Shown here one piece after another: positions 1-9,451 of a stretch of DNA of 64,000 nt; the stretch's first letter is position 1; each line of letters begins with the position of its first letter. The notes beneath the pieces were generated by a model. That model saw nothing but the letters and a program-made list of their open reading frames with translations, was not told the origin of the DNA and did no database searches. This stretch comes from an uncultured Verrucomicrobiota bacterium. GTDB taxonomy: Bacteria; Verrucomicrobiota; Verrucomicrobiia; Limisphaerales; UBA1100. The DNA lies in the NCBI GenBank assembly GCA_964616045.1, contig CAZTTU010000001.1, positions 9,684 to 73,683 of the forward strand. The letters are read 5' to 3'. Made by a program: the position numbers and the translations under genes.

Positions 1-78
1 GGCGTGATCCTTCGCCTCAAAATAATCAAGGAAGTCTTGCCGGATTTGACGGCCAGTGCGTTCAGTGAATTGGCTCAT
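1..78 (-). CDS. alaS: Alanine--tRNA ligase, N-terminal 26 codons only (runs off window)
   Basis: Minus-strand ATG at 78-76. It reads MSQFTERTGRQIRQDFLDYFEAKDHA to the window edge, matching the conserved AlaRS N-terminus pattern (E. coli ..AEIRQAFLDFFHSKGH). The ATG overlaps the upstream TGA as ATGA. Too short for the ORF track. Confidence 0.6.
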   Translation of the reverse strand, partial: MSQFTERTGRQIRQDFLDYFEAKDHA

Positions 79-2387
79 TTCTGCGTGGGTACGCGATTGA
101 TGGTGTGAAATATTTGCTGCTTCAACAATTCCTTTCCATCAGCAAATTTCATATTGAAAGTGATGAGCGACTGCATCACGGGCTTAATATCTTCAATTTC
201 AAGAAAGACAGTTTTCTTATCATCGGAAAGTTTAATAGCTTTAATATCCACCAAATCACCCTGCTGTTTTTCGCCGATAATCTTAGTGGGATCATTAACT
301 GAAAATCTTTTTAATCCAGGGTCTTTGGCCCATTGATAATTCCACTGATGGATGGACCAGTTTTGAGTGTCTACGGCTGTAGCAGGATTAACTGGGATAG
401 TAAACGTTATCGCTAGCCCGTTTGATTTCACCTTTAAGTCCTTGGTCATGTAAACGGGCTTCCCAGTATAACGCACCCTGTGGAAAGCCCCATCACGAAC
501 CCCGTTGGTTTGCCAAGCACGCATGCCTGCCAAATATAGCTGACCATCGCTGAGATTAAATCGGGCACGTAAGATGCCGGAATCAAAACGCAATGAAAAT
601 CTGGAGGCTGCTCCTTGGCATTGTGCATCCACATTCTCGTGCATGATTTTAAATAGGATGCACTTACCGTGAGACATGTGCAGCAGATCACCCTTGAAAG
701 GGCCCCATTTATCGCTGGTTACCCATACTTGGGCAGCGCTAGAATTGTCCGCCTGTTGCGGCAGCCAAAGAAGCGGCTTAGCATAATCAGACGGAGATTG
801 CTCCCGATGCGCGGAGGGCAAATGGCCATAAAAACGCCCAGGCTTGATGAGGTTAAGTCGTGAGGTGGGCACCCAAGGGCCCTTGTTATCAGAACTAGTG
901 ATTTCGCCGTTAACGCCGACGCATAAACCACTGCGGGCATGGTGTCCGGTAGCGAGGACCTCTAGATGCTTGCCATCTTGAGTCACCTTCAGCAGGCATC
1001 CATCATGCGGCGTCTTGCCTTCCCCGGGGTTGCTGGCCTTGATGAAATAGAAATTACCTTTGGAGTCAACCTCCAGATTCAAGCAGTATTCGTTGAAGTG
1101 GTTGCTAATGGAAACATCGTTGTTGAAGTTCTCATAAAAGTCTGCCTCGCCATCCATGTTGAGATCGTGGAAGCGCGTAATTTGGTCGCGGCCTAGGACA
1201 TAAATTTGATCGTCCAGGATCTTTAGTCCAAGTGGTTGAAAAAGTCCCGTGGCATACCTGCGCCATGTTAACTCCTTTAATGTTTCATCTATCCCACTCA
1301 CGATCCAGACATCACCCGTCAAAGAGCAAATTGCTGCAGACTTCCCATTTTTGAAAAAGTCAAAACCACTACAGCGAATCCAAGAATTCCACGGATTGTT
1401 TTCGGGGATTGTAATTGTGTCGACCACATACGCTCCGGAAGAGTCCCCCAGCTTGCCAGAGTTTCTGATCGGCTTGCTCCACTTGGTTGGCCCACCCTTG
1501 ATGAGCGCGTCCAGTGGTTGCGTTGAAAACTTTATTTTTTTGAATCCGTTGAATGAGCCCAGATTTTTCTCCGGGCCACTCCATTGGGCGATAATAAATT
1601 GGCTTGTTGGCAAGAGTGACTTGATATCAGCTATGACTCGGCCGCGATCAACCCTCAACTTAACACCCGTGCCGATCACGGCCGTTGCAGTAACAATCCC
1701 ATTTTTTTTAAGTGTTACCAAATCATCTTCAACCGCACTAATTGCGCCATTAACTTCGCAGATGAATAAGCTCATTGGGCTTTTCCCTGGGCTGCGTTTG
1801 ATTTTAAACTGCCGGGTGAAGATGCCATTGGTGTACGCGGGGCTTTCCAAAACACCTGCAGCGCCAACGGTGTAAGAGAGCACTACTCGGTTTCCATGCG
1901 TGTAATGTCCCCGCCATTTGGCCCATTCACGAGGGAGTGGATTTTCGGAATAGACGTTTACAGCATCGATAGTTGGCGGGTTCGGTTCTGTCCATTCGCC
2001 TTGGGGGCCAGCCCAGCCAGGGGTCATGCTGGTTCTAAAAAGAACACGACCCGCCGGTTGTGGCACGCCCTCCAAGCCTCCGCCATCAGCAGGTAGCTTC
2101 AGAAATCCGCCCGTCCAGGCTGCAGCTAAGCGCAGGCGCTCAGTGTCAAAGCAGATAGATGCATTATTATCAAGTCTGATGTTCAAGCCTTTCAAAGCTG
2201 GACGCCACACGCCTTCATCCATCGGCACCTCTAGTCCATATGCCTGGAATGGGCCAATATCCATATCGTCCCACTTTGAATGCTTCACATCTGTTTTCGT
2301 TGCCTTCTTGGGGCTTGCTGGCCCACCCATGCATATCGGTTGGGCGATTGCCAATAGCATAGTTAAAAATGAAAACAAAAAACGCAT
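75..2387 (-). CDS. Secreted beta-propeller protein, PVC-type membrane-bound-dehydrogenase-like domain, no heme motif
   Basis: 780-aa ORF. The internal ATG at 2387 gives the signal peptide MRFLFSFLTMLLAIAQPICMG. The segment GDVWIVSG..RRYATGLFQPLGLKI..DLNMDGEADFYENF resembles the N-terminal domain of PVC heme-binding proteins. No CxxCH is present. Confidence 0.6.
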   Translation of the reverse strand: MRFLFSFLTMLLAIAQPICMGGPASPKKATKTDVKHSKWDDMDIGPFQAYGLEVPMDEGVWRPALKGLNIRLDNNASICFDTERLRLAAAWTGGFLKLPADGGGLEGVPQPAGRVLFRTSMTPGWAGPQGEWTEPNPPTIDAVNVYSENPLPREWAKWRGHYTHGNRVVLSYTVGAAGVLESPAYTNGIFTRQFKIKRSPGKSPMSLFICEVNGAISAVEDDLVTLKKNGIVTATAVIGTGVKLRVDRGRVIADIKSLLPTSQFIIAQWSGPEKNLGSFNGFKKIKFSTQPLDALIKGGPTKWSKPIRNSGKLGDSSGAYVVDTITIPENNPWNSWIRCSGFDFFKNGKSAAICSLTGDVWIVSGIDETLKELTWRRYATGLFQPLGLKILDDQIYVLGRDQITRFHDLNMDGEADFYENFNNDVSISNHFNEYCLNLEVDSKGNFYFIKASNPGEGKTPHDGCLLKVTQDGKHLEVLATGHHARSGLCVGVNGEITSSDNKGPWVPTSRLNLIKPGRFYGHLPSAHREQSPSDYAKPLLWLPQQADNSSAAQVWVTSDKWGPFKGDLLHMSHGKCILFKIMHENVDAQCQGAASRFSLRFDSGILRARFNLSDGQLYLAGMRAWQTNGVRDGAFHRVRYTGKPVYMTKDLKVKSNGLAITFTIPVNPATAVDTQNWSIHQWNYQWAKDPGLKRFSVNDPTKIIGEKQQGDLVDIKAIKLSDDKKTVFLEIEDIKPVMQSLITFNMKFADGKELLKQQIFHTINRVPTQK

Positions 2388-2432
2388 GTCGTTTTCGTAT
2401 GCCAAATATGTCGGCAAATGGCGATAAAATAA

Positions 2433-3989
2433 GTGCTCGGCCTTGCCTGTGTTCTGTCACTGCGCTACAAATTCCCGGCTTTGAAAAAGCAGTTCTACAT
2501 TACGACAGCCATTGACTATGTGAATGGTCAGCCCCATCTCGGTCATGCCTACGAAAAGGTGATCACTGACGTTATTGCGCGGTCGCGGTGTTGTTTGGGC
2601 CAAGAGGTCTTTTATTTGACCGGACTTGATGAGCACGGCCAGAAGGTGCAACAGGCTGCTGAAGCCAGCGGGCAGGATTCCCAAGCCTATTGCGATAATC
2701 TGGCTGCTGACTGGCAGGCTTTTGTCGAAAAGCTCGGTATATCGAATAACGATTTTGTTCGCACCACCGATGACCGCCACAAGGAGGTGGTGGCTGAGGT
2801 TCTTCAGCAGCTGCATGATAAGGGGGAGTTTTATCAGGATGAGTACGTAGGTTTTTACTCAGCCAAACAGGAAACTTTTCTTACCGATAAGGACCGCAAT
2901 GAGAAAGGTGAATTTGACGCGATCTATGGCGAGGTGCAGGAGCTATGGGAAAAGAACTACTATTTTAAGCTCGGGCAACACCAGCAATGGCTCATTGATT
3001 ATATTGAAGCTAATCCGGATTTTGTGGCGCCCGACTATCGCCGTAATGAGGTCCTCGGCTTCCTAAAAAATGAGCAGCTTGAGGACCTCTGTATTAGTCG
3101 CCCGAAAGAGAGACTGGAATGGGGCATTCCCCTGCCCTTTGATCCCGATTACGTTACCTACGTGTGGTTCGATGCCCTGACCAACTACCTCAGCATCCCC
3201 CGTGCACGCGGTGAGGAGACTTCCCTTTGGCCGGCGGACATCCACGTGATCGGCAAGGACATCCTCAAGTTTCACGCCGTCTACTGGCCCATCATGCTTA
3301 AGGCCGCCGGATTGGAATTACCCAAGCAGGTGCTGGTCCATGGATGGTGGCAGAAGGATGATCAGAAAATGAGCAAGAGCACCGGTAACGTGGTTGATCC
3401 GATTGGGGTGATTGATGAGTGGGGATTGGACGCTTTTCGCTATTACGTTGTGCGCGAGTTGGCTATCGGGCCTGATGGCAACTGGACCGATGAGGGGTTT
3501 GCCACTCGTTATGGCGCTGAACTGGCCAATGGGTTGGGCAATCTGGTGAATCGCTCCCTCTCGATGCTCAATCGCTATCGTGAAGGTGTCGTGCCCGCGC
3601 CGCATGATGAGCTTACAGCCGAAGCCACCGCAGCACGGAACAAGCTGGTGGACCAGTTGCGGGCCAATGAGCTGCAGGCGGGCTTACTGACCATTTGGGG
3701 CTTTATCGCGCGTTTAAACCAATATGTGGATGAGACTGCTCCCTTTAAGATTGCCAAAGATCCTGAGCAGGCTGAGCGCTTGGGCGAGGTGCTATACAAT
3801 CTGGCGGAGGGCTGTCGTTTGCTGGCTGTTTGGCTCCAACCGTATCTGCCCACCACCAGCCGCCGCATCCTTGAGCAGCTCAATCTTCCTCCGGATCTGG
3901 TGAACATCGCTGAGGCCGACTGGGGAGCCTTAGCAGAAGGCCACAAGATAAACGCGCCTGAGGCGCTTTTCCCACGACGGGATAAATAA
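2433..3989 (+). CDS. metG: Methionine--tRNA ligase (short form)
   Basis: HIGH-type motif PHLGHAY and KMSKS are present, with FYITTAIDYVNG near the N-terminus. The start is uncertain: GTG at 2433 or in-frame TTG at 2481 (LKKQFYITT). Confidence 0.93.
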   Translation: MLGLACVLSLRYKFPALKKQFYITTAIDYVNGQPHLGHAYEKVITDVIARSRCCLGQEVFYLTGLDEHGQKVQQAAEASGQDSQAYCDNLAADWQAFVEKLGISNNDFVRTTDDRHKEVVAEVLQQLHDKGEFYQDEYVGFYSAKQETFLTDKDRNEKGEFDAIYGEVQELWEKNYYFKLGQHQQWLIDYIEANPDFVAPDYRRNEVLGFLKNEQLEDLCISRPKERLEWGIPLPFDPDYVTYVWFDALTNYLSIPRARGEETSLWPADIHVIGKDILKFHAVYWPIMLKAAGLELPKQVLVHGWWQKDDQKMSKSTGNVVDPIGVIDEWGLDAFRYYVVRELAIGPDGNWTDEGFATRYGAELANGLGNLVNRSLSMLNRYREGVVPAPHDELTAEATAARNKLVDQLRANELQAGLLTIWGFIARLNQYVDETAPFKIAKDPEQAERLGEVLYNLAEGCRLLAVWLQPYLPTTSRRILEQLNLPPDLVNIAEADWGALAEGHKINAPEALFPRRDK

Positions 3990-4025
3990 TTGACCCGATA
4001 AAAACTGCCTGTCAGCTTGATGTGA

Positions 4026-5354
4026 ATGGGAATTTATATCGACAGAAACGGCCAGAGACTTGGCCCATATCCTCTCGACCAAGTTAATCAGTGTTTGGAG
4101 CAGGGCTCATTGTTGCCCACTGATTCCGCATGGCACGATGGCATGACAGATTGGGTTCCCCTTAATCAAATAAATGGGGTCATAATTCCGGGTGATTCAC
4201 CCGCTCCACCTCCGCCTCCAGCGGGGACACCCTCTGCACCACCTTCCGTTATTGAGGGGTCAACATGCCCAGCGTGTCAGGCTCCTATTAATTCGGGTCA
4301 AGCTTTCTGCATGGGATGCGGCGCAAACCTGCAGAGTGGGCAAGCTCCCACTCTGCAAACGACAACCCAATCAGCTGGCAAAAAGAAGCTCCTGATAGGT
4401 ATTGGGGCGGGCGTAGGGGTACTGGCACTCGCAGCTGTCGGGATTTTTGTGATCTATCCAAAGCTGTCAGGTGATGGAACCAATCAAGAATCAAGCGAAA
4501 CAGTCCCGGGCCAATCCAACGAGCAAAAGGCTAAAGTGGATCCACCATTGCCTGATGATATTCGCTCTCTAAAAGCATTCCTGGAGCCTGGAGCCAACCA
4601 GTTGTCCGCCGCTCACAAAACCAAGGCACAATACAAACTTGGCAAACTGCTTCTTGAAAAAGGACACGAAGCCGGAAGTGATGACCTAGAGGATAAGGTA
4701 AAGGCGGATGCATTATACCCGGAGGCGGTGAAATACCTAACGGCGGCTGCTGAAGGAGGGGACGCTGGTGCACAGTATGAGCTTGGGAATCATTTTTCAT
4801 CTGAAAAAGATCTTATAGTTAATGGGAGAAAGGTGGGCCAAATCTCCAGATACTCTGGGAAAGTCTATGATACTAGGCATAAATGGTACATAATGGCAGC
4901 TGAGCAGGGCCATAGCTCAGCAGCTTTCAGTCTTGCCTATAATTACATTAAAGGGAAAACATCAACGACCTCTCTAGAAGAGAGATTATCTGAGGCAATT
5001 AAGTGGTTAACGGTCGCTGCGGAAAACGGAGGCGGGGGGAGTGCATATCTTATTGGAGAATGTTATTATCTGTCTCGGCTTCGTGAGTCGGCTTTTATCA
5101 GTGATTTTGAATTACATAAGATTATCCATGCCAAAAGAGAGCCTAAAAAGGCATGTGTGTGGTTTAGTATTGCTTCAAGGCGAAAATTTAATATCGGGCT
5201 CGATGAGGATTTCCATAAATATGCAGCCGAGGATATCGAGTCCCTTTTAAAGGAGGGATTGCTGACTCAGCAGCAGATTGACGAAGCTGATGCCTTGGCC
5301 GAAAAAATGATTAAGGACAATCCCAAGCTAATCGAACGTTACTCTGGAGAATAA
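4026..5354 (+). CDS. GYF_2 domain / zinc-ribbon / single-TM / Sel1-repeat protein
   Basis: The N-terminus GPYPLDQVNQCLEQGSLLPTDSAWHDGMTDWVPLNQ is GYF_2-like. A proline-rich linker follows, then CPACQ..CMGCG (zinc ribbon) and the TM segment LLIGIGAGVGVLALAAVGIFVIY. Repeated AAExG..AQYxLG motifs are Sel1-like. Confidence 0.7.
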   Translation: MGIYIDRNGQRLGPYPLDQVNQCLEQGSLLPTDSAWHDGMTDWVPLNQINGVIIPGDSPAPPPPPAGTPSAPPSVIEGSTCPACQAPINSGQAFCMGCGANLQSGQAPTLQTTTQSAGKKKLLIGIGAGVGVLALAAVGIFVIYPKLSGDGTNQESSETVPGQSNEQKAKVDPPLPDDIRSLKAFLEPGANQLSAAHKTKAQYKLGKLLLEKGHEAGSDDLEDKVKADALYPEAVKYLTAAAEGGDAGAQYELGNHFSSEKDLIVNGRKVGQISRYSGKVYDTRHKWYIMAAEQGHSSAAFSLAYNYIKGKTSTTSLEERLSEAIKWLTVAAENGGGGSAYLIGECYYLSRLRESAFISDFELHKIIHAKREPKKACVWFSIASRRKFNIGLDEDFHKYAAEDIESLLKEGLLTQQQIDEADALAEKMIKDNPKLIERYSGE

Positions 5355-5606
5355 CCTGTCCGGTAAAATCAAACTGTTACTTGGCGTCCCAAGCGTCGTT
5401 AATCAGCCTGCTTAACTCCGTAACTTTCTTGGTATTGGCATTGTCCCTTGGGAGCCCGAGCCATAACATCTTCCTTTTGCGGCAAAGGATGCCCAAAAGC
5501 AAATAGATGCGTTGCATGAGTCAAGCTTGCTTTGCTCTCAATGTGCTCCTTCACACAAATGCATCTTGAGATGATAAGAATTAGAAAGTATGCTCCGATT
5601 CGATTT

Positions 5607-5629
5607 AGCGGATGACCGCTGGGTTTTTT
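5607..5629 (+). terminator. Candidate intrinsic terminator
   Basis: AGCGG-AUGA-CCGCU hairpin followed by GGGUUUUUU. It lies about 250 nt downstream of the Sel1-protein stop. Confidence 0.45.
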
Positions 5630-5835
5630 ACCCTACTTGGCTGCGTAAATCACACGCCCTGGAACGTAATAATAAGAAAGGGGCCTTGCCTTCGATGCTG
5701 GCCGTCAGGCCTTGACTGGAAGTCGTAAGGCAGAGATTGGGCCCCACCTGGAACACAGTTCCTAGGGCCTGTACAGCGCGGCTGGGCGGGGTAATTTTTT
5801 TGTATCCAACGCCCAGGCACGCTACAGTCACCAGC

Positions 5836-7209
5836 GTGGCTGAGGCAGACCTTTTCAACACCCCGCAACCCGAGGCGAACACACCCCATGCAGGCCGGGA
5901 TGCCCCCGCCAATCAATCCCCACTGGCAGCCCGCATGCGGCCGCGCACGTTGGAGGAGTATGCAGGCCAACAACACATCCTCTCAGAAGGCATGTTGCTG
6001 CGGCGGGCCATTGAGGCGGACCGGGTCCAGTCGGTGATATTTTACGGCCCACCGGGTACCGGCAAGACGACACTGGCCCAGATCATCGCCAATCGCACCA
6101 AGAGCCGTTTTGTAAGACTAAGTGGCGTGGAAAGCAACGTGGCCGAGATGCGACAGGTATTGGCTGGCGCGGCCAATCGACTGGAAAACACCGGCAACTC
6201 CACCCTGCTCTTCATCGATGAGATTCACCGTTTCAACAAGGCTCAACAGGATGTCCTGCTGCCGGATGTGGAGGGCGGCACCGTGCGGCTTATCGGCGCA
6301 ACAACTCACAATCCGTTTTTCTTTGTCAATTCACCGCTGGTATCGCGCTCGCAGATTTTTGAACTCGAGCCCTTGAGCGAGAAGGATACCCTGGGATTGC
6401 TTGGGCAGGCGTTGACCGATGCGGAGCGCGGCCTGGGCCACATGAATATTACAGCGGACGAAGAAGCGCTAAAACACCTTGCCACTGTCTCCGATGGCGA
6501 CGCGCGCAAGGCACTCAATTCCTTGGAAATCGCCGCCCTGACCACCGCCCCAGGAAAGGACGGTGCAATCCAGGTTAACATGGCCGTTGCCGAAGCGTGC
6601 ATCCAGAAGAAAGCGGTGGTCTATGATGGCGATGGTGACGCCCATTACGACACCATCAGCGCGTTCATCAAGAGTATCCGCGGCAGTGACCCCGATGCGG
6701 CGCTATACTGGCTGGCCAAGATGATCCACGCCGGTGAGGACCCAAGGTTTATCACGCGCCGCCTGATGATCTCCGCCGCCGAAGACATCGGCTTGGCTGA
6801 TCCCATGGCGCTTGTGCTCACCACCTCTTGCCATCAAGCCGCGGAATTTGTTGGCTGGCCCGAGGCACGCATCCCCATTGCTGAAGCCGCCATCTATCTC
6901 GCCACCGCCAATAAAAGCAACAGTGCATACACTGCGATCAACGCTGCGCTGGAGGAGGTGCGCAACGGACGCACCATCCCTGTTCCCAAGCACCTTCGCG
7001 ACTCCCATTACAAGGGAGCAAAGCAACTGGGTCACGGCGAAGATTACAAGTACCCCCATGAATACGATGGTCATTTCATAGCCCAGGATTACCTGGGCGT
7101 AGACACGCGGTTCTACAATGCAACCGGGGAAGGCGTTGAAAAAAAAATCAAGGATCGAGTCATTGCTTGGCGGGCACTGCAGGAAAAGGCAAAACAGGAT
7201 GACGACTAA
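5836..7209 (+). CDS. rarA: Replication-associated recombination protein A (AAA+ ATPase)
   Basis: Walker A GPPGTGKTT, Walker B LFIDEIHRF and an MgsA C-terminal region. The ORF track starts at TTG 5737. The in-frame GTG at 5836 gives the typical ..DLF..PLAARMRPRTLEEYAGQ N-terminus. Confidence 0.9.
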   Translation: MAEADLFNTPQPEANTPHAGRDAPANQSPLAARMRPRTLEEYAGQQHILSEGMLLRRAIEADRVQSVIFYGPPGTGKTTLAQIIANRTKSRFVRLSGVESNVAEMRQVLAGAANRLENTGNSTLLFIDEIHRFNKAQQDVLLPDVEGGTVRLIGATTHNPFFFVNSPLVSRSQIFELEPLSEKDTLGLLGQALTDAERGLGHMNITADEEALKHLATVSDGDARKALNSLEIAALTTAPGKDGAIQVNMAVAEACIQKKAVVYDGDGDAHYDTISAFIKSIRGSDPDAALYWLAKMIHAGEDPRFITRRLMISAAEDIGLADPMALVLTTSCHQAAEFVGWPEARIPIAEAAIYLATANKSNSAYTAINAALEEVRNGRTIPVPKHLRDSHYKGAKQLGHGEDYKYPHEYDGHFIAQDYLGVDTRFYNATGEGVEKKIKDRVIAWRALQEKAKQDDD

Positions 7210-7750
7210 AGAAGACAAGGCGTCTGTGCGAGCGAAAATGAGGAAATTACAAATTAATCAGGACGTGCGCGCGACTGGTTCGGCGAGTATTTGCAACAGG
7301 TTAACCGCTCTCACCTTTTGGCACGCCAGTGACACGGTATTGCTCTTTGCCCCCTTGCAGGATGAGCCAGACGTTTTCCTGTTGCCACAGAAAGCGAAGC
7401 GCTTCTGTTACCCGCGCTATAATTCTGACCGGGGCTACGAGGCAGCAACAGCGAATGATCGGAGCGAATTATCCACCGGGAAATTTGGAATATTGGAGCC
7501 ATCTCCGGATGCAATTGAGGTCGCTGCCAGTGAAGTTGATATAATTGTAGTGCCCGGTATGGCTTTTGACAAAAATTGCTATCGATTGGGGCGCGGGCAC
7601 GGGTTCTATGATCAATGGCTCGTGAATTTATCTGGGGTGAAGATTGGGGTTGGGTTTGATCATCAACTGATCGACTGCGTGCCGCAAGAGGCGCACGACG
7701 TAAAGTTGGATGGGGTGATCGTCCCCTCGCGTTCTGTGGGCGCAGTATGA
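7199..7750 (+). CDS. 5-formyltetrahydrofolate cyclo-ligase
   Basis: VVPGMAFDKNCYRLGRGHGFYD is the family signature. ATG 7199 (MTTKEDKASVRAKM) overlaps the rarA stop by 11 nt. Confidence 0.88.
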   Translation: MTTKEDKASVRAKMRKLQINQDVRATGSASICNRLTALTFWHASDTVLLFAPLQDEPDVFLLPQKAKRFCYPRYNSDRGYEAATANDRSELSTGKFGILEPSPDAIEVAASEVDIIVVPGMAFDKNCYRLGRGHGFYDQWLVNLSGVKIGVGFDHQLIDCVPQEAHDVKLDGVIVPSRSVGAV

Positions 7751-7933
7751 CTACCGATCGCGGCGACCAGTGCCCTGGTACTGGAACCCGCGAGGTTCAC
7801 TCCAAGGGCGCTCGGAGACATTTTCCGTATGGGTGCTCCCGCAACCGGCTGAGGAAAGGAGCACGAAAACCCCGCCCCCCAGCAGCAGGCCTGTCATGGA
7901 AAGCAATGCAAATTTTTGGATTATATTTTTCAT
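7751..7933 (-). CDS. Small putative lipoprotein (60 aa)
   Basis: Signal peptide with lipobox-like LLSSAGC. ATGA overlap with the upstream coiled-coil gene (7930-7933). Confidence 0.45.
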   Translation of the reverse strand: MKNIIQKFALLSMTGLLLGGGVFVLLSSAGCGSTHTENVSERPWSEPRGFQYQGTGRRDR

Positions 7934-8613
7934 TTTGGCTGAATATTGCGCCCCGCCTTACCCGAACCATTTGAGCCTGAGACAGGCAAGGGTGCTTTTA
8001 GCTTTCCCGGAGGCAACGGTTTAGGCCGCGAAATTTCCGGGGTTTTAATAATGACAGGCTGTCTCTTTAGGAGCTCAACGAGTTTTCCTGGCGTGTGGCC
8101 AAGTTTCTCATAACCCTCAAGCTTCTTCTGGATTGCGTCGAGTTTGCCGGACTGTTCAGCCACCATCCTGTCAGCATGTTTCAGTTTCTCGGCTATAGCC
8201 TTATTCTCCTTGCTTCTTTTGCTTAACTCGGAAACCACAGATTCATTGGTTGAACTGAGAAATGTAATCTGCTCCATCAATGCGCTTTGGTTTTTATTCG
8301 AATCATCCAATTTGATTTTCAGTTCCTCATACTGCTTTTTGGCACGATCCTTTTCAGCCTCATATTGCTTCCTGGAATAATCACCTTTTTTCTCAGCTGC
8401 GGTCAGCTTGTTTTTGGCGTCTATAATACTTCCCTCTGTCGTCTTGAACTCTTCCTGGAGCTTTCTTAGAGTTGTTACCTTTTTCTTGTCACTTTCTTGT
8501 GCATTTTGGAGGTCGGCTTTGATCTTGGGAATGTTGACGAATTGCAAGATGACACTGGTGCCAAGTGATACAAGCAGCAAAAGTATAAGTGCAATGACAG
8601 CAGCTTTTTTCAT
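7930..8613 (-). CDS. N-terminally anchored coiled-coil protein
   Basis: TM segment AAVIALILLLLVSLGTSVIL, then about 150 aa of K/E-rich heptad-like sequence and a Pro-rich tail. No recognisable family. Confidence 0.6.
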   Translation of the reverse strand: MKKAAVIALILLLLVSLGTSVILQFVNIPKIKADLQNAQESDKKKVTTLRKLQEEFKTTEGSIIDAKNKLTAAEKKGDYSRKQYEAEKDRAKKQYEELKIKLDDSNKNQSALMEQITFLSSTNESVVSELSKRSKENKAIAEKLKHADRMVAEQSGKLDAIQKKLEGYEKLGHTPGKLVELLKRQPVIIKTPEISRPKPLPPGKLKAPLPVSGSNGSGKAGRNIQPK

Positions 8614-8615
8614 CG

Positions 8616-9377
8616 TTAATCAGTTTTCATGACCCTGTCCCCGTTACTAAAAGGAGCAAGAGGAGGGGGGAATCCCTTTTTATATATGGCAATGGAAACA
8701 GTAGGGTTGGCCCGACTGATTTCCACCTTGCCCAGCGCCTTGTTTCCGGTGGCGCTAAAAATTGTAAATCCATCACCCTTCTCAATACCATTGTCTGAAC
8801 CGACATTGATAACGTAAAATTTATTTGCCGAATCAAAGCTCTGGATCGTACCAATCTCGCCAGCAGTTTTTGCTTTTGGGCGAGGCTTTTTCTTGGGGGT
8901 AGGGTTTGATACCGCCTTAAGACTCGCAAGTTCATCAAGCTTTGACTTAACATCCAAAGCTGTTCCCAATATTTCATAATCCGCAAGTTTCCCCTCTAAA
9001 GTTGGCACCTTGTCAGCCAGTTGCTGGGCCAGTAGCAAATCTGAATTTGCCTTTGCTGCAGCTTTTTGGGCCGTTTCAGCGGCCTTGGTTGCATTATCAA
9101 TCAATTCCTTGGAGGTGCTGTTTGCGGTAGTCTGGGAAGCAAGCTGCGCTTTAAGGTTGGTAATCTCTCCGTCCTTGGTTGAGGCTGCGGTTAGGGCGGC
9201 ATCCTTTTCCTTCTTTAATGCCCTTTCACTGGCAGAGGCCGCTGCTACTTTTCCGACTGCGTCATCCTTCGCCTTTTTCATTTCGTCCACCTTGCCGGAC
9301 TTTGAAAGGCCAAAGAAAATTCCGGCACCTGCAGCAAGGATGTTTAGGCCTAGGATAATCTTTACTATATTATTCAT
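8616..9377 (-). CDS. N-terminally anchored coiled-coil protein with small C-terminal beta-domain
   Basis: TM segment IILGLNILAAGAGIFFG, then an Ala/Lys-rich coiled coil. The C-terminus reads GEIGTIQSFDSANKFYVINVGSDNGIEKGDGFTIF..GKVEISR, a barrel-like pattern. The overall layout is reminiscent of periplasmic adaptor proteins (inference). Confidence 0.6.
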   Translation of the reverse strand: MNNIVKIILGLNILAAGAGIFFGLSKSGKVDEMKKAKDDAVGKVAAASASERALKKEKDAALTAASTKDGEITNLKAQLASQTTANSTSKELIDNATKAAETAQKAAAKANSDLLLAQQLADKVPTLEGKLADYEILGTALDVKSKLDELASLKAVSNPTPKKKPRPKAKTAGEIGTIQSFDSANKFYVINVGSDNGIEKGDGFTIFSATGNKALGKVEISRANPTVSIAIYKKGFPPPLAPFSNGDRVMKTD

Positions 9378-9451
9378 TGAACACTCCTTCCATTGACCAA
9401 TTTAACCCCACCGACAAGGGTCTGTCAATATTGTGAGACGGACAAATACGC

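Noticed and set aside
1249-1875. 208-aa plus-strand ORF inside the beta-propeller gene
   Set aside because: It is antisense to a longer ORF with a signal peptide and domain signatures. No motifs. A typical shadow ORF.
5377-5517. 46-aa minus-strand ORF as a transposase/IS remnant
   Set aside because: No DDE, HTH or other transposase motif can be recognised. No inverted repeats flank it. Kept only as a note inside the intergenic-gap finding.
6703-7218. 171-aa minus-strand ORF
   Set aside because: It is antisense to rarA, which has clear Walker motifs. Shadow ORF.
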